Shown here one piece after another: positions 1 to 12,980 of a stretch of 64,000 nucleotides of DNA; position 1 is the first letter of the stretch; every line of letters begins with the position of its first letter. Source of the stretch: Escherichia coli (GTDB lineage: Bacteria; Pseudomonadota; Gammaproteobacteria; Enterobacterales; Enterobacteriaceae). A program made the translations under genes and the position numbers. The stretch lies in assembly GCF_003790525.1 (NCBI RefSeq), contig NZ_CP033635.1; one strand, 5' to 3'. Under the pieces are notes generated by a model. It did not search any database, was not told the origin of the DNA, and was given only the letters and a program-made list of their open reading frames with translations.

Positions 1-1113
1 CCCCGGAAGCACGCTGGCACTGTAGACGTAGACAAACACACGCTGCGGATTGGGAATGATGTAGTTCAGGCATGAGCCAATTAACAGGATAGCAATAGAT
101 ACTGCCACACCCGCAACCGGTACGCCGTGACGGGAAACTTTCGCCATTGCCGCCGGTAACTGACGGTTTTTCGCCAGTGCGTAGAGCATACGTCCGCAAC
201 TGTACATGCCGCTGTTACAGCCAGAGAGCGCAGCCGTCAGCACCACAAAGTTGATAATACCCGCCGCTGCGGTAATGCCGATTTTGGCGAAAGTCAGTAC
301 GAACGGGCTGCCGTTGCTGCCTATTTCATTCCACGGGAAGATGGTGACGATAACGAAAATCGCGCCTACGTAGAAAATCAGGATTCGCCACAGCACCTTG
401 CCTACGGCACTGCGCAGCGTCACCTGCGGATTCTTCGCTTCACCGGCAGTAATGCCAATCAGCTCCACGCCCTGGTAGGACGCCACCACAATACACAGCG
501 CGGTCAGGAACCCTTTCCAGCCCCCCGCAAAGAAACCGCCATGCTCTGTGAGATTGCTAAAACCAATCGACTGCCCGCCATTGCCAAAGCCAAAGAAAAT
601 CACGCCCAGGCCAATGACAATCATCACGATAATCGTGGTGACTTTGATCATCGCAAACCAGAACTCGATTTCGCCGTACAACCGCACCGCCGCCAGATTC
701 GCCAATGCTACCAGCGCCACCGCGATCAATGCCGGTATCCATTGCGCCATCTCCGGGAACCAGAACTGGACATAAACGCCAATGGCGGTGATTTCTGAGA
801 TCCCCACCGCCATCCACATAAACCAGTAAGACCAGGCGGTGAGATAGCCAAAAAACGGGCTCATATAACGATGCGCATAAACGGCGAACGAACCGGTAAC
901 AGGTTCGAGGAACAACATTTCGCCCATTGAACGCATGATGAAAAAGACGAATAGCCCGGCGATGATATAGGCCAACAATACGGATGGCCCGGCCCATTTC
1001 AGGGTACTGGCGGCCCCCATAAACAGGCCGACGCCAATGGTGCCCCCCAGGGCGATGAGTTCGATATGTCGAGCCTCCAGCCCACGCTGTAGCTCTGGTT
1101 TGTTATCTGCCAT
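1..1113 (-). CDS. yifK: Putative amino-acid permease YifK (APC family), 5' portion; 3' end lies beyond window start
   Basis: Minus-strand frame starting at ATG ~1111-1113 translates [24 protein letters not shown], the recalled YifK N-terminus; frame runs off the window edge so it is absent from the ORF track; synteny next to wecG. Confidence 0.85.
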
Positions 1114-1303
1114 AAATCCTCGTGTTGTGTTTGCATGCTTTCCGGTGTTACCGGTTATCGTTATGGGTACATCGAGTGTTGCGAATGTTTTCGTAATTCA
1201 GGAGAAATGGCAAATAAAGCATTAAAAATTTGAATGCTTTGTGTAATAAAAAAGCAGGAAGGCGACGAAGTGACCACTCCGTCGCTTTACAAAGAGAGGA
1301 AAA

Positions 1304-2044
1304 TCAGAGGTTGCCGGTGTAGTGCCAGCGTAAATAACGCAGCAAACGAAGCTGACGCTTAATGCGGCTCGGCTGCGAAAGCAGGCGGTAGAGCCACTCC
1401 AGCCCCAGCGTTTGCCAGATTTTCGGTGCGCGTTTTACGTGACCGGTGAAAACATCGTAAGTCCCGCCAACGCCCATATACAGCGCATCCGGATGCACCA
1501 GACGGCAGTCGCGCATGAAGATCTCCTGCTTTGGCGATCCCATCGCAACGGTGACGATTTGCGCTCCGCTGGCATGAATGCGTTCAAACAGCGCCTGACG
1601 CTGCTCGGGTTTAAAATAACCATCCTGACTGCCAACGATATTCACATTCCACTGGTTGCGCAGTTTAGCTTCAGTTTGCGCCAGCACTTCAGGTTTACCG
1701 CCCACAAGAAATACCGGCGTCCCTTCTTTGCCTGCGCGCGCCATCAGCTCTTCCCAGAGATCGGCCCCGGCAACGCGGGAAACCTGCGCCTGCGGGTACT
1801 TTTTACGTACTGAACGTACAACGCTGATGCCATCCGCATATTTAAATTCGGCAGCGTTAATTAACTCCCTGACCTCAGCATTATCTTCAATGGTCAGCAT
1901 TTTTTCAGCATTAATGGCAACCAGCGTTCCCTGCTTAAGCTGCCCGTCAGCGAACAGATAATCGAGGGCGTGCTGCATATCACGCCAACCGATCAACTGT
2001 AAGCCACGCAGCGTATAGGTCGGTGCCGTGGTGTTGTTATTCAT
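1304..2044 (-). CDS. wecG: UDP-N-acetyl-D-mannosaminuronic acid transferase (ECA biosynthesis)
   Basis: 246 aa ORF; last gene of the ECA cluster by position; length and sequence match recalled WecG/RffM. Confidence 0.9.
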
Positions 2045-2046
2045 TG

Positions 2047-3399
2047 TTATCCTTCAACCTGCGTCCGGAGCGATGATTTTGTTCGTTTATGAATGAGTCC
2101 GGCGCTTTCAAAAAGCCAGTACAACAGTTTTGCGATCATCAGACATGCGCCGAAGACCACGATAAAAAAGACCACGCGTGAGACAAACGAATCCAGCCCT
2201 TCACGCGCCAGCACGATCATATTGAAGATCGCCCCGAAGCAGAAACTGTGCAATATCGCAGCCTTATAGCGATTAGTCTCGCGGTTGCCCAGCTCATACA
2301 GCCAGTCGAACCATTTGATGATCAGTCCAACAACAATCGCCCCGAGCGGGATGAACAACGCGCCGCCCATCACCACCAGTGAGCCTATAAGCGTAGGCGA
2401 GATCGCCAGTCCGGAGTGGTTATTCAGCACTTCCCAGGTAAAGTAGTTGGCGGAGTTCAGTACCATACTCGGGCGACCCGGCCACAGCCAGGAAGGGATA
2501 AAGACATAGAAATCGCGGACAATGGGAGCCAGGCCCTGGAAGTCGATGTTGTCGTAGTTCTGCAGCAGCAATGCCAGATTCTCCCACGGCGAAAAGGTAT
2601 CGCGGGTGAGATAGAGAAACGTATAGAACGCTTCATCACCGCTCACATTCATTCCATAGCGTTTTAGCGCCAGCCAGAACATGCCCACAATCCCCAGCAC
2701 GCCCGCCGCCGCCAGCATCCACAACGAAATCCAGCCGCGAATAATGCCAATAAACAGGAAGATAGCGAATGCGATGATGATATTGGCGCGAGTGCCGCCG
2801 ACAATCATATAAGTCAGCAAGCCAAAAGCGACCGTGCTGACGAGGAAAAACAGCCACGCTTTGCTGTCCTGGCGCAGAAAGTAGACCACCAGCATCGCCG
2901 GGATGAAAAAGTAAAAGAAGCGTTTTAATGCCACGCCGGAGACTTCGCTGGAAAAGATCTGACTGTAAGAATTAAGCCGGAACAGCAAAAAGCCGTTGTG
3001 CATGAAGAAGATGCCGACGCTCACCAGCGCGATGCCCATCAGGATCACCCACGTGAGATTGGTCTCCACGCGGTTCATGGTAAACAGCGGACGGCGCGGT
3101 GCATCAGCAACGCGTTTGCGTAGACGGGTTTTGTAGGTGACATAGTAAACCGCGTAGAAGCAGCCTGCAGAAAGCAACGCCTGCAACAAGATTTCTGGCG
3201 GCGCGACACCAACATCAAAGCGAAATACCAGCACGCTGGTCAGCGGAAAGCCGAAGAAAAAGGTGAGCAAAAACAGCAATGAAAAGAAGACATTGAAGTT
3301 AAAGCGCACACGGCGAAACTCAAACCAGGTCAGCGTGGCAATAAACAGCGTGCAGAGCAGCCAGACAACAAAAAGGCCACTGAATTGCAGCAGACTCAT
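2047..3399 (-). CDS. wzyE: ECA polysaccharide polymerase, polytopic membrane protein
   Basis: 450 aa highly hydrophobic ORF; position in wec cluster. Confidence 0.9.
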
Positions 3400-4475
3400 G
3401 CGACCTCCCCGGTGGCAATCGCCAACGCCCGCTGCCAGCCTTGTAGATAGTTAGGGCTAAAGAAGGCAATGGTGTTTTTATCCACCGACGCCAGCTGGCG
3501 CTGCGCTTCACGCACAATATCCTCGTTGAGATCGTCGGTAGTAAACAGCACCGGCAAATGTTGTTCCGTCATATCCTGCCAGAACGGATTTTCCCGGTTA
3601 AGCACACAAGGAATGCCCGCCTGAATCAGTAAGCACAGCGTACCAATGCCCTGCTGGCGGGCAAAAATAAAGTAACCAAGATCGCACTGACGAAGTAGCG
3701 TCAGATAGGCGTCAAATTCCAGTTTTTCGCTCAGAACTTGCAGATTTTCTTCGCTGAATAACTCCAGCCCCGCCTGACGAACTTCCTCGATGTACGCTTC
3801 GTTATTAGGCGGATATCCCATCGGCACCACCACTTTTACCGTATCGCCAAATTGCTGATGAACGGCGCGCAAGGCAGCAATATGCTCATTGCTGCGGTCG
3901 CCGGAGTTGCCCACCAGAATGGTCATTTTTCCTTCACGTTGCCGATCGTTCGCCATCGTATTGAGAGAAGGATCCATCCGCGTCGGGAAGTACAGCAGTT
4001 CGCCCCGCACCTTTGGGTGCGTTTTGGCAAAAAAGCTCAAATCACCGCGGGTGGCAAATACACAGCCGACTCGCTTTTGCGCCAGGCGACGTAGTGGGTA
4101 AAAAAGCTTATATCTCAAGCCACTGGAAAGCTCGTACAGGTCTGCCCCCCAGATATGCCAGTAAAACTGGCTGGGCTTAATACCACCACTCAGCAGAGCC
4201 AGCCACAGTGTGGGATTGAACTGACCGTGGAAAAAAAAACGCTGCTGACGGTTAGCTTTTGCTTTCGCGATGACCGCTTCCGCCAGCGATTTTTTCCCAG
4301 GGAAAAATTGCACAGAAAGCGTCGGACAGCTATCACTTAAACCGTCGTCCTTGCCAACAACCATAAACTCGCGCGCGTGCTCGCTCGTCGCGGCCAGCGC
4401 GTCATTGAAAAACCGCAAAACGGTTCGGTTATGGTGAGGGATATCCGATCCCAGTACGTGAATCAGTACAGTCAT
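3396..4475 (-). CDS. wecF: TDP-Fuc4NAc:lipid II Fuc4NAc transferase
   Basis: 359 aa ORF; 4-nt overlaps with both neighbours; cluster position. Confidence 0.9.
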   Translation of the reverse strand: MTVLIHVLGSDIPHHNRTVLRFFNDALAATSEHAREFMVVGKDDGLSDSCPTLSVQFFPGKKSLAEAVIAKAKANRQQRFFFHGQFNPTLWLALLSGGIKPSQFYWHIWGADLYELSSGLRYKLFYPLRRLAQKRVGCVFATRGDLSFFAKTHPKVRGELLYFPTRMDPSLNTMANDRQREGKMTILVGNSGDRSNEHIAALRAVHQQFGDTVKVVVPMGYPPNNEAYIEEVRQAGLELFSEENLQVLSEKLEFDAYLTLLRQCDLGYFIFARQQGIGTLCLLIQAGIPCVLNRENPFWQDMTEQHLPVLFTTDDLNEDIVREAQRQLASVDKNTIAFFSPNYLQGWQRALAIATGEVA

Positions 4476-5722
4476 GCCCGCCTACGCCAGAGTAAAAACA
4501 CGCCACAACAAAGAGAAAAATAGACGATATAGGTTGCCATATAGGCCTGCGCCGCGCCCAGTGCACCATGCGCAGGGATTAGCCAGTGGGAAAATACCAT
4601 CAATAAAGTGAACTGGCTGACTTCCGCCAGAATATAAAACCGCAGTGACGCTTTGGCGATCACCAGATAACCAAAGACATAAGCGCCCACTTTTAACACA
4701 TCACCTACCAACTGCCAGGCAAAGAGATCGCGCATAGCGGTAAATTTATTCGACAACAGCAGCCAGATAGCAAAATCACGCAGCAACCAGACGGAAAAAC
4801 TCGCCGCCGCCACTGCCGGTAAGACGAATTTCAGCGATTTAACCACTTCCCGGGTGATATCGCGCTTTTCCGTTAGCCGCGACAACGTGGGCAGCAAATA
4901 TACGCTGAACGATGCCGTAATAAATTGCAGGTAGGCATCGGAAATACTGCTCACCCCTTGCCAGATCCCCACTTCATCCCAGCTATACTGCGCCGCCAGC
5001 AGTTTACGCATCATGATGTAAGCAACAGGCAAGGTTACCGACGTAATCAACGCCATGAGCGTAAATTTGCTCAACTGCCCTGCCAGGCCGTTATCCCAGC
5101 TGGGTTTCAGATAGCTTAACGGGATTGCACCACGCTTAATTAGCATGATGACGGCAGGAATCACCACCAGCGCGGGAATCAACGCCAGCCCCAGCAACGC
5201 CCCTTCATAACCGCCCAAACGGTAACTGACGTAGTACGCAAGAACGCCAATCAGGCTGCCGACAATCAGGGATAACGCATTACCTGCGGCATCGCGAAAG
5301 CCTTTCATCAACGCCAGTAACAGGTTGCCCCAGGCGATCCCCATTTGCACCAACGCCACTAAACGCACCAGCCCCTGATAGTCGGTATTACCGAACAATC
5401 CCTGGCTGATTGGCGCAGCTGCCAGCACAAAAACCAGCGCCATTAGCATAGAGAAGCCAAGTACCATCGCTGATGAAGTGCCGACCACGCGGCGCAATTG
5501 TTGGGGATTATCATGGTACTGGGCAACGTATTTGGTTACGCCGTTAAAGATGCCTGCCCCGGCAAGCACGCCGAGCACGGTAATCAACTGGCGGAAATTT
5601 GCCGCCAGCCCAAGCCCCGCCGGACCAAATGACACTGCCAGCAACTTACCGACCAGTAACCCGGCACCAATCTTGACCAGTGTACTGGCCGCCGTCCACA
5701 AGGACGCTTTTGCCAACGACAT
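4472..5722 (-). CDS. wzxE: ECA lipid III flippase (Wzx family)
   Basis: 416 aa multi-TM ORF; cluster position. Confidence 0.9.
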   Translation of the reverse strand: MSLAKASLWTAASTLVKIGAGLLVGKLLAVSFGPAGLGLAANFRQLITVLGVLAGAGIFNGVTKYVAQYHDNPQQLRRVVGTSSAMVLGFSMLMALVFVLAAAPISQGLFGNTDYQGLVRLVALVQMGIAWGNLLLALMKGFRDAAGNALSLIVGSLIGVLAYYVSYRLGGYEGALLGLALIPALVVIPAVIMLIKRGAIPLSYLKPSWDNGLAGQLSKFTLMALITSVTLPVAYIMMRKLLAAQYSWDEVGIWQGVSSISDAYLQFITASFSVYLLPTLSRLTEKRDITREVVKSLKFVLPAVAAASFSVWLLRDFAIWLLLSNKFTAMRDLFAWQLVGDVLKVGAYVFGYLVIAKASLRFYILAEVSQFTLLMVFSHWLIPAHGALGAAQAYMATYIVYFSLCCGVFLLWRRRA

Positions 5723-5723
5723 A

Positions 5724-6854
5724 TCAGGAGAAGTAGTTCAACAAGGTCGCAATTACCGTACGCTGATTGACGGGCGACAGGTTGTAGAACAACGGCAGGC
5801 GCAGCAGGCGCTCGCTCTCTTTGGTGGTGTAGCGATCTTCACCGTGGAACTCACCAAAGCGCTCCCCCGCAGGGCAACCGTGCAGCGGAATGTAATGGAA
5901 CACCGCCATGATTTCCGCTTCTTTCAGAAAGTTAATCAACGCGCTCCGGTCATCAATATCCCGCAGTTTAATGTAGAACATATGCGCGTTCTGCACGCAG
6001 CCATCGGGAATCGACGGCAGCTCGATACGCCCGGCTTTCGCCAGAGGCGCTAACGCATCGTAGTAGTTTTGCCACAGCGCCAGACGCTGCTGATTGATAC
6101 GTTCAGCGGCTTCCAGTTGCGCCCAAAGGTACGCTGCTTGCAGATCGGACATCAAATAGCTGGAGCCAATATCGCGCCAGGTATATTTATCGACCTGACC
6201 ACGGAAGAACTGGCTGCGGTTTGTGCCTTTTTCACGGATGATCTCGGCTCGTTCGATCAACGCTTTATCGTTAATCAGCGTCGCGCCGCCTTCACCGCCC
6301 GCCGTGTAGTTTTTGGTTTCATGGAAGCTAAAGCAGCCAATATGACCAATGGTTCCCAGTGCACGCCCTTTGTAAGTGGACATCACGCCCTGAGCGGCAT
6401 CTTCCACCACAAATAGATTATGCTTCTTCGCCAACGCCATAATAGTGTCCATTTCGCAGGCCACACCCGCGTAATGAACCGGCACGATAACGCGCGTTTT
6501 GTCGGTGATCGCCGCTTCAATCAGCGTTTCGTCGATGTTCATGGTGTCCGGGCGAACATCCACAAAAACGATTTTTGCGCCACGCAGCACAAAGGCATTG
6601 GCGGTGGAGACAAAGGTGTAGCTCGGCATGATCACTTCATCGCCAGGCTGGATATCGAGCAGCAGCGCCGCCATCTCCAGCGAAGCGGTGCAGGATGGCG
6701 TCAGTAACACTTTGGCGCTGCCAAAACGTTGCTCCAGCCACTGCTGGCAGCGACGGGTAAAACCACCATCGCCGCACAGTTTGCCGCTACCCATTGCCGA
6801 CTGCATATAGTCGAGTTCGGTTCCCACCACCGGCGGTGCGTTAAATGGAATCAT
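5724..6854 (-). CDS. wecE: dTDP-4-amino-4,6-dideoxygalactose transaminase (DegT/aminotransferase fold)
   Basis: 376 aa ORF; cluster position and recalled WecE/RffA sequence. Confidence 0.9.
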   Translation of the reverse strand: MIPFNAPPVVGTELDYMQSAMGSGKLCGDGGFTRRCQQWLEQRFGSAKVLLTPSCTASLEMAALLLDIQPGDEVIMPSYTFVSTANAFVLRGAKIVFVDVRPDTMNIDETLIEAAITDKTRVIVPVHYAGVACEMDTIMALAKKHNLFVVEDAAQGVMSTYKGRALGTIGHIGCFSFHETKNYTAGGEGGATLINDKALIERAEIIREKGTNRSQFFRGQVDKYTWRDIGSSYLMSDLQAAYLWAQLEAAERINQQRLALWQNYYDALAPLAKAGRIELPSIPDGCVQNAHMFYIKLRDIDDRSALINFLKEAEIMAVFHYIPLHGCPAGERFGEFHGEDRYTTKESERLLRLPLFYNLSPVNQRTVIATLLNYFS

Positions 6855-6858
6855 GTGA

Positions 6859-7533
6859 TCACCTGTATAACCAGTACGTGGTGCTTTCTACATTCGCACC
6901 ACTTTGTATGTATCGTTTAAGCGCGGCGGTGTTGCCCATCTGGGTCGCCACCCGCAAAGTTGTTTTACCGCGAGCATACGCCCAGTTTAGCGCCGTTTGC
7001 ATTAGCTCAGCACCTGCACCGCGTCCAGCCAGCAGGCCAATTCGCGCATCTGTCGCATTGAGTTCCCGTAAAGAGACATAACCGCGAATATCGCCGGACG
7101 CCGCACGTAAAATCAGACATTGATGATCAAAGGTGCCGCGCACGGCATTTTCAATCCACTGTGCATAAAAGCGACCGCTGGCGTCAGGCGCATACCACGG
7201 CGCACGAAAACGGCTTTGCGCAAATGCGGCGCTGGCTAACTGACGTAATGCGGGAATATCGGTCTCTTGTGCCACTACTGCACCGCTATCACTGACATTG
7301 TTCACGGGTAGTGCCAAATCAACTTCACCTTCTACCAGGGAGAATCCCAGCTGTTGCAGGGCATCCAGTTCACCCGTATTTGATGCCGCAATTTTGGCCT
7401 GCACCCGTGACCACGGCGCTAACGCGTCTGGCGTCAGGAGCGGTGCTTCAGACGTAATGCGCACGATGGCGCTGTTAACACCAAAGAAGGCGTTTTCCCA
7501 GGTTAGTGGCTCAATACTGGCGCGGACGGGCAC
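6859..7533 (-). CDS. wecD: dTDP-fucosamine acetyltransferase (GNAT)
   Basis: 224 aa ORF with GTG start that overlaps the 3' end of rffH by about 23 nt. Confidence 0.85.
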   Translation of the reverse strand: MPVRASIEPLTWENAFFGVNSAIVRITSEAPLLTPDALAPWSRVQAKIAASNTGELDALQQLGFSLVEGEVDLALPVNNVSDSGAVVAQETDIPALRQLASAAFAQSRFRAPWYAPDASGRFYAQWIENAVRGTFDHQCLILRAASGDIRGYVSLRELNATDARIGLLAGRGAGAELMQTALNWAYARGKTTLRVATQMGNTAALKRYIQSGANVESTTYWLYR

Positions 7534-8392
7534 GAAGTAACTCCAGCAGATATTGGCCGTAGCCAGTTTTCGCTAATGAACTGGCAGCACGCTTCACACC
7601 CTCGTCATCGAGCCAGCCGTTACGCCAGGCAATCTCTTCCAGGCAGGCAATCTTAAAGCCCTGGCGTTTTTCCACCGTCTGTACAAAGGTGCTGGCTTCA
7701 ATCAGGCTGTCGTGAGTGCCAGTGTCCAGCCAGGCAAATCCGCGCCCAAGCAGTTCAACGGTCAGGTTGCCCGCCTCGAGGTACATCTGGTTGATGGAGG
7801 TAATCTCCAGCTCACCCCGCTCCGACGGCTTCACCTGCTTTGCGTACTCCACGACTTTACTGTCGTAGAAATAAAGCCCGGTCACCGCCCAGTTTGATTT
7901 CGGCTGTTTTGGTTTTTCTTCCAGCGAGATAGCGCGGAAATTGTCGTCAAACTCCACGACGCCAAAGCGTTCCGGGTCCATCACCTGATAGCCAAATACC
8001 GTCGCCCCTTCCGTGCGCGCCGCAACATGACGCAGCTTCGGACTGAAGCCCTGTCCGAAGAAAATGTTATCGCCCAGCACCAGACAAGAAGGTTCACCGT
8101 TGAGGAAAGTTTCACCGATGATAAAGGCCTGCGCCAGACCGTCCGGGCTGGGCTGTTCGGCATATTCCAGCTGGATACCGAACTCACTACCATCGCCCAG
8201 CAGGCGCTGGAAATAACCTTTATCTTCCGGCGTAGTGATGATGAGAATTTCGCGGATACCGGCCAACATCAGCACCGACAGCGGATAGTAAATCATTGGC
8301 TTATCGTAAATCGGCAACAGTTGCTTCGATACGCCGCGCGTAATCGGATGCAATCGGGTGCCGGAACCGCCCGCCAGGATAATACCTTTCAT
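7511..8392 (-). CDS. rffH: Glucose-1-phosphate thymidylyltransferase 2
   Basis: 293 aa ORF; N-terminal [14 protein letters not shown] nucleotidyltransferase motif. Confidence 0.93.
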   Translation of the reverse strand: MKGIILAGGSGTRLHPITRGVSKQLLPIYDKPMIYYPLSVLMLAGIREILIITTPEDKGYFQRLLGDGSEFGIQLEYAEQPSPDGLAQAFIIGETFLNGEPSCLVLGDNIFFGQGFSPKLRHVAARTEGATVFGYQVMDPERFGVVEFDDNFRAISLEEKPKQPKSNWAVTGLYFYDSKVVEYAKQVKPSERGELEITSINQMYLEAGNLTVELLGRGFAWLDTGTHDSLIEASTFVQTVEKRQGFKIACLEEIAWRNGWLDDEGVKRAASSLAKTGYGQYLLELLRARPRQY

Positions 8393-8410
8393 GTTTGCCT
8401 CCGCTGAAAA

Positions 8411-9478
8411 TTAGCCTTTCAGACCTAAACGCTCGCCCTGATAGCTGCCGTCCTGCACCTGCTTCCACCAGCTTTCATTAGCCAGATACCACTGCACCGT
8501 TTTACGCATTCCACTTTCAAAGGTTTCCTGCGGCAGCCAGCCAAGTTCACGGGCAATTTTCGAAGCATCAATGGCATAACGCAGATCATGCCCCGGACGG
8601 TCAGCGACAAAGGTGATCAGGTCACGATAGTGCGCCACGCCGTGCGGCTTGTTCGGAGCCAGTTCTTCCAGCAGCTCGCAAATGGTTTCCACAACATCGA
8701 GATTCTTACGCTCGTTGTGACCACCAATATTATAGGTTTCACCGACTTTCCCGGTGGTCGCCACGCAATACAGCGCGCGGGCGTGATCTTCAACATACAG
8801 CCAGTCACGGATTTGCTGCCCGTTGCCATATACCGGCAGCGGTTTACCCGCCAGCGCGTTGAGGATCATCAGCGGGATCAGTTTTTCCGGAAAGTGGTAA
8901 GGGCCGTAGTTATTCGAGCAGTTGGTGATAAGCGTCGGCAGACCATAGGTCCGCAGCCAGGCGCGTACCAGATGGTCACTGCTGGCTTTTGAAGCGGAAT
9001 AAGGGCTGCTCGGCGCATACGGCGTGGTTTCGGTGAAGAAATCATCCGTCGAGTGCAGGTCACCATATACTTCGTCGGTGGAGATATGATGAAAACGGAA
9101 CGCTGATTTTTTATCTTCCGTCAGCGCATTCCAGTAAGTCCGCGCCGCTTCAAGCAATGTATAAGTCCCGACAATGTTGGTTTCAATAAACGCTGCCGGG
9201 CCGTCAATAGAACGGTCAACATGGCTTTCGGCTGCCAGATGCATGACACAGTCTGGCTGATGCTCAGTGAATACGCGCGCCAGTTCTGCCCGATCGCAGA
9301 TATCAACTTTCTCAAAGGCAAAGCGCTCGCTTTGCGCGACCGGTGCCAGCGACATCAGATTTCCGGCGTAGGTCAGCTTATCGACCACTACCACCGCGTC
9401 GCTCGTTTCGTTGATGATATAACGCACCAGCGCCGAGCCAATAAACCCGGCACCACCTGTTATCAGAATCTTTCTCAT
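8411..9478 (-). CDS. rffG: dTDP-glucose 4,6-dehydratase 2
   Basis: Track ORF trimmed to the [15 protein letters not shown] start (Rossmann GxxGxxG); 355 aa; start codon shares 1 nt with the wecC stop. Confidence 0.93.
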   Translation of the reverse strand: MRKILITGGAGFIGSALVRYIINETSDAVVVVDKLTYAGNLMSLAPVAQSERFAFEKVDICDRAELARVFTEHQPDCVMHLAAESHVDRSIDGPAAFIETNIVGTYTLLEAARTYWNALTEDKKSAFRFHHISTDEVYGDLHSTDDFFTETTPYAPSSPYSASKASSDHLVRAWLRTYGLPTLITNCSNNYGPYHFPEKLIPLMILNALAGKPLPVYGNGQQIRDWLYVEDHARALYCVATTGKVGETYNIGGHNERKNLDVVETICELLEELAPNKPHGVAHYRDLITFVADRPGHDLRYAIDASKIARELGWLPQETFESGMRKTVQWYLANESWWKQVQDGSYQGERLGLKG

Positions 9479-10740
9479 CAGCGCCAAACTCCTTTGGCAT
9501 CGACGACATACTGCTGATGGACATTGTCGCCATTGATAACTTTGAACTGACTATGATCGACCAGCATCACCAGCACGTCTGCCGTTGCCAGCGCCTCGTC
9601 AAGCTGCGCCAGAGTACAAAGCCCGGTCAGTTTTTTCGGCAACTGGTGGATGTTAGGCTCAACAACCAGCGTTTCGCCGCTATGCCACTGGGCGAGCAGT
9701 TCAGCGATTTCCATCGCCGGGCTTTCGCGCAGGTCATCAATATTCGGTTTAAACGCCAGACCAAAGCAGGCGATTTTCAGTTCACTGGCGCGTTTATCGG
9801 TAGCAGCAAGGCAGTCGGCAACCGCCGCTTTCACCTGATCGATAACCCAGAACGGTTTGTGATCGTTCACTTCGCGCGCGGTACGGATAAGCCGCGCCTG
9901 CTGCGGGTTCTGTGCCACGATAAACCACGGATCAACAGCAATGCAGTGACCGCCCACGCCAGGACCAGGCTGAAGAATATTAACGCGAGGGTGACGATTC
10001 GCCAGGCGAATCAGTTCCCAGACGTTAATTCCCTGATCGGCACAAATCAGCGACAGTTCGTTAGCAAAAGCGATATTCACATCGCGGAAGCTGTTTTCGG
10101 TGAGCTTACACATTTCCGCCGTCCGCGAGTTAGTGACGACACACTCACCTTCGAGGAAAATTTTGTACAGTTCGCTGGCGCGGGCCGAACAAACCGGCGT
10201 CATACCACCAATCACGCGATCGTTTTTAATCAGCTCGACCATAACCTGGCCCGGTAACACGCGTTCCGGACAGTAAGCAATGTTGACGTCCGCCAACTCG
10301 CCCACCTGCTGTGGGAAAGTGAGATCTGGACGCATCTCTGCTAACCATTCTGCCATCTTCTCGGTTGACCCCACCGGCGAGGTGGATTCAAGGATCACCA
10401 GCGCGCCTTTTTTCAGCACTGGCGCAATGGAGCGAGCAGCCGATTCAACGTAGGTCATATCTGGCTCATGATCGCCTTTAAACGGCGTGGGTACAGCAAT
10501 CAGCCAGGCATCCGCTTCAACTGGCGTCGTGCTCGCTCGTAAAAAACCGCCTTCTACGGCAGTTTTTACTACGCTCGCCAAATCAGGTTCGACGATATGG
10601 ATTTCGCCACGATTGATGGTATCAACCGCGTGTTGGTTGATATCGACACCAATCACCTGTTTTTGCCTTGAGGCAAACGCAGCTGCTGTAGGCAGCCCGA
10701 TGTAACCCAGTCCGATAACAGAAATGGTCGCAAAACTCAT
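9478..10740 (-). CDS. wecC: UDP-N-acetyl-D-mannosamine dehydrogenase
   Basis: 420 aa ORF; N-terminal [11 protein letters not shown]-binding motif. Confidence 0.93.
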   Translation of the reverse strand: MSFATISVIGLGYIGLPTAAAFASRQKQVIGVDINQHAVDTINRGEIHIVEPDLASVVKTAVEGGFLRASTTPVEADAWLIAVPTPFKGDHEPDMTYVESAARSIAPVLKKGALVILESTSPVGSTEKMAEWLAEMRPDLTFPQQVGELADVNIAYCPERVLPGQVMVELIKNDRVIGGMTPVCSARASELYKIFLEGECVVTNSRTAEMCKLTENSFRDVNIAFANELSLICADQGINVWELIRLANRHPRVNILQPGPGVGGHCIAVDPWFIVAQNPQQARLIRTAREVNDHKPFWVIDQVKAAVADCLAATDKRASELKIACFGLAFKPNIDDLRESPAMEIAELLAQWHSGETLVVEPNIHQLPKKLTGLCTLAQLDEALATADVLVMLVDHSQFKVINGDNVHQQYVVDAKGVWR

Positions 10741-11867
10741 AGTGATATCCGATTATTTTTTAACGCTTCCAGAATGCGAGAGCATGCCTGACCATCACCA
10801 TACGGGTTATGGGCGCGGCTCATAGCTTGATATTCGTTTTCGTCTTTTAAAAGACGCGTCACTTCCTCGACAATTCGCTGCTTATCCGTGCCGACCAGAC
10901 GCACCGTCCCCGCTGTCACCGCTTCCGGACGCTCAGTGGTATCGCGCATCACCAGCACCGGTTTCCCCAGCGAAGGCGCTTCTTCCTGAATGCCGCCTGA
11001 GTCGGTCAAAATCAGCCAGGCGTGGTTCATCAGCCAGACAAACGGTAAATACTCCTGGGGATCGATCAGAATGACATTTTTCACATGCCCCAGAATGCGA
11101 TTGACCGGCTCTCTGACGTTCGGGTTGAGATGCACCGGATAGACAATCTGGATGTCCTGGTGCGTGGTGGCGATGTCTGCCAGCGCCTGGCAGATTTCTT
11201 CAAAGCCACGACCGAAGCTCTCACGCCTGTGACCGGTCACCAGAATCATCTTTTTATCGGGGTCGATAAACGGGTAATTTGCCGCCAGTTCTGAACGCAG
11301 CGTGTCGCTGCTCATCACCTGGTCACGCACCCATAACAGTGCATCGATGACAGTATTACCGGTAATGAAGATTCGGCTGTCAGCAACGTTTTCACGCAGC
11401 AAGTTTTGCCGGGAAGTTTCGGTTGGAGAGAAGTGATACATCGCCAGATGCCCGGTCAATGTACGGTTAGCCTCTTCCGGCCACGGCGAATAGAGATCGC
11501 CCGTGCGCAGACCTGCCTCAACGTGACCAACTGGAATACGCTGATAAAACGCCGCCAGGCTGGTTGCCAGCGTCGTCGTAGTATCGCCGTGAACCAGCAC
11601 GACATCTGGTTTGAACTCGGCAAGAATTGGTTTTAGCCCTTCCAGAATCCGACAGGTTATCTCTGTCAGGCCCTGTCCTGGCTGCATTATGTTGAGATCG
11701 TAGTCAGGTACAATGGAAAAGAGTTTCAGCACCTGATCGAGCATCTCCCGATGCTGCGCAGTGACGCAAACTTTAGCCTCAAAAAAAGGATCTTTTGCCA
11801 ACGCATGCACCAACGGAGCCATCTTGATGGCTTCCGGGCGCGTACCAAATACAGTCAGTACTTTCAC
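10737..11867 (-). CDS. wecB: UDP-N-acetylglucosamine 2-epimerase
   Basis: Track ORF trimmed to the GTG codon giving (M)[18 protein letters not shown], 376 aa. Confidence 0.9.
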   Translation of the reverse strand: MKVLTVFGTRPEAIKMAPLVHALAKDPFFEAKVCVTAQHREMLDQVLKLFSIVPDYDLNIMQPGQGLTEITCRILEGLKPILAEFKPDVVLVHGDTTTTLATSLAAFYQRIPVGHVEAGLRTGDLYSPWPEEANRTLTGHLAMYHFSPTETSRQNLLRENVADSRIFITGNTVIDALLWVRDQVMSSDTLRSELAANYPFIDPDKKMILVTGHRRESFGRGFEEICQALADIATTHQDIQIVYPVHLNPNVREPVNRILGHVKNVILIDPQEYLPFVWLMNHAWLILTDSGGIQEEAPSLGKPVLVMRDTTERPEAVTAGTVRLVGTDKQRIVEEVTRLLKDENEYQAMSRAHNPYGDGQACSRILEALKNNRISL

Positions 11868-11922
11868 ATCGATTCTCTTCGAATAAGCGGCGAGCGCCTT
11901 TGCGCTCACCACAGCAGTGTTG

Positions 11923-12969
11923 CTATTTCGAGCAACGGCGGGTTAATGCGACACCAGCCCCGATCAGTCCCCCGACAATGCCCCACATAATCATCAGGAA
12001 GGCACGACGTGGGCTATCGCGTTTTACCGGTTCTTCCGGCGTACGCAAATAGCGATAGGTCTGAAAACGCGGATCCAGGGTTGGACCAACATTCAGGGTG
12101 TTTAACATGGCCCGATTCTGATCATAGTCGAGATCAAAGGCCGGACCGACGGCCTGTAAATTTTCCAGTCGAGCCTGGAGCATTGGACGCCCAAGCAGGA
12201 ACATTTCTGAATCAGGTAGTTCCTCGGCAGGCACATCTGTCGCACTGCGCGAAATATTATGCTGCTCAGCAATTTTCAGCGCCTGTTCAATACTGTTCAT
12301 CCGGCGATCGTAGATAGCTTTCGCCACCTCTTCCTGACGCTTCACCTGAGCTTTCATCTGGATGGTGCGTGCCGCCCATGCGCCTTTCAGCTCATCATTC
12401 AGATGGCTGGCTGCACGCTGGCTGGCAAAAGCAACATACTGACGTAACAGGTTATTAGCGTCAGGCGCAGTTTCGGCAATCAGCTTCACGCTGTCATTGA
12501 CCGCGCGGGTGAAGTCACCGGGAATAAACACGATGTTGTTGATCATTTCATCCAGCAACGCCGCATCGGCTTTGCTATTGCCCACCATCCGCTGTTTGTA
12601 ATAGTCGGTTTGCAGCCAGAACTCTCTGCGGGTATCCCACGAGGCCAGTTGCATAACAAACTCTTTATAGGCTTCGTCCATGACCGATGGTTGGTCGGCA
12701 GAAGCCATGTTTGAACGGACATCGAGGTTACGCAAAAATTGCTGCTGCGAGTAATATCCCCCCAGCATATTCACCGTTGGACGATCGGTAATCGCCGTTG
12801 CGCTCCACTCCTGTCGAGCAAAAAAAGTATACGCCAGCGCGATTAACGCAAACGCCAGCCCCATGCCAATAATCCACAGCTTCCCAGCCCACAAGGTACG
12901 AAACAACCCACGAATATCCAGTTCATTTTCAGCGTCTTCGGCCGGTTTCCCAGGCATTGGTTGTGTCAT
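11923..12969 (-). CDS. wzzE: ECA polysaccharide chain-length modulator (Wzz family)
   Basis: 348-349 aa ORF with N- and C-terminal TM segments; cluster position. Confidence 0.9.
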   Translation of the reverse strand: MTQPMPGKPAEDAENELDIRGLFRTLWAGKLWIIGMGLAFALIALAYTFFARQEWSATAITDRPTVNMLGGYYSQQQFLRNLDVRSNMASADQPSVMDEAYKEFVMQLASWDTRREFWLQTDYYKQRMVGNSKADAALLDEMINNIVFIPGDFTRAVNDSVKLIAETAPDANNLLRQYVAFASQRAASHLNDELKGAWAARTIQMKAQVKRQEEVAKAIYDRRMNSIEQALKIAEQHNISRSATDVPAEELPDSEMFLLGRPMLQARLENLQAVGPAFDLDYDQNRAMLNTLNVGPTLDPRFQTYRYLRTPEEPVKRDSPRRAFLMIMWGIVGGLIGAGVALTRRCSK

Positions 12970-12980
12970 CACATCCTCAT

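Noticed and set aside
1241-1303. Possible intrinsic terminator downstream of wecG
   Set aside because: Only a short GCGACG/CGTCGC stem with a 12-13 nt loop, and the T-run lies about 9 nt past the stem; too weak to call.
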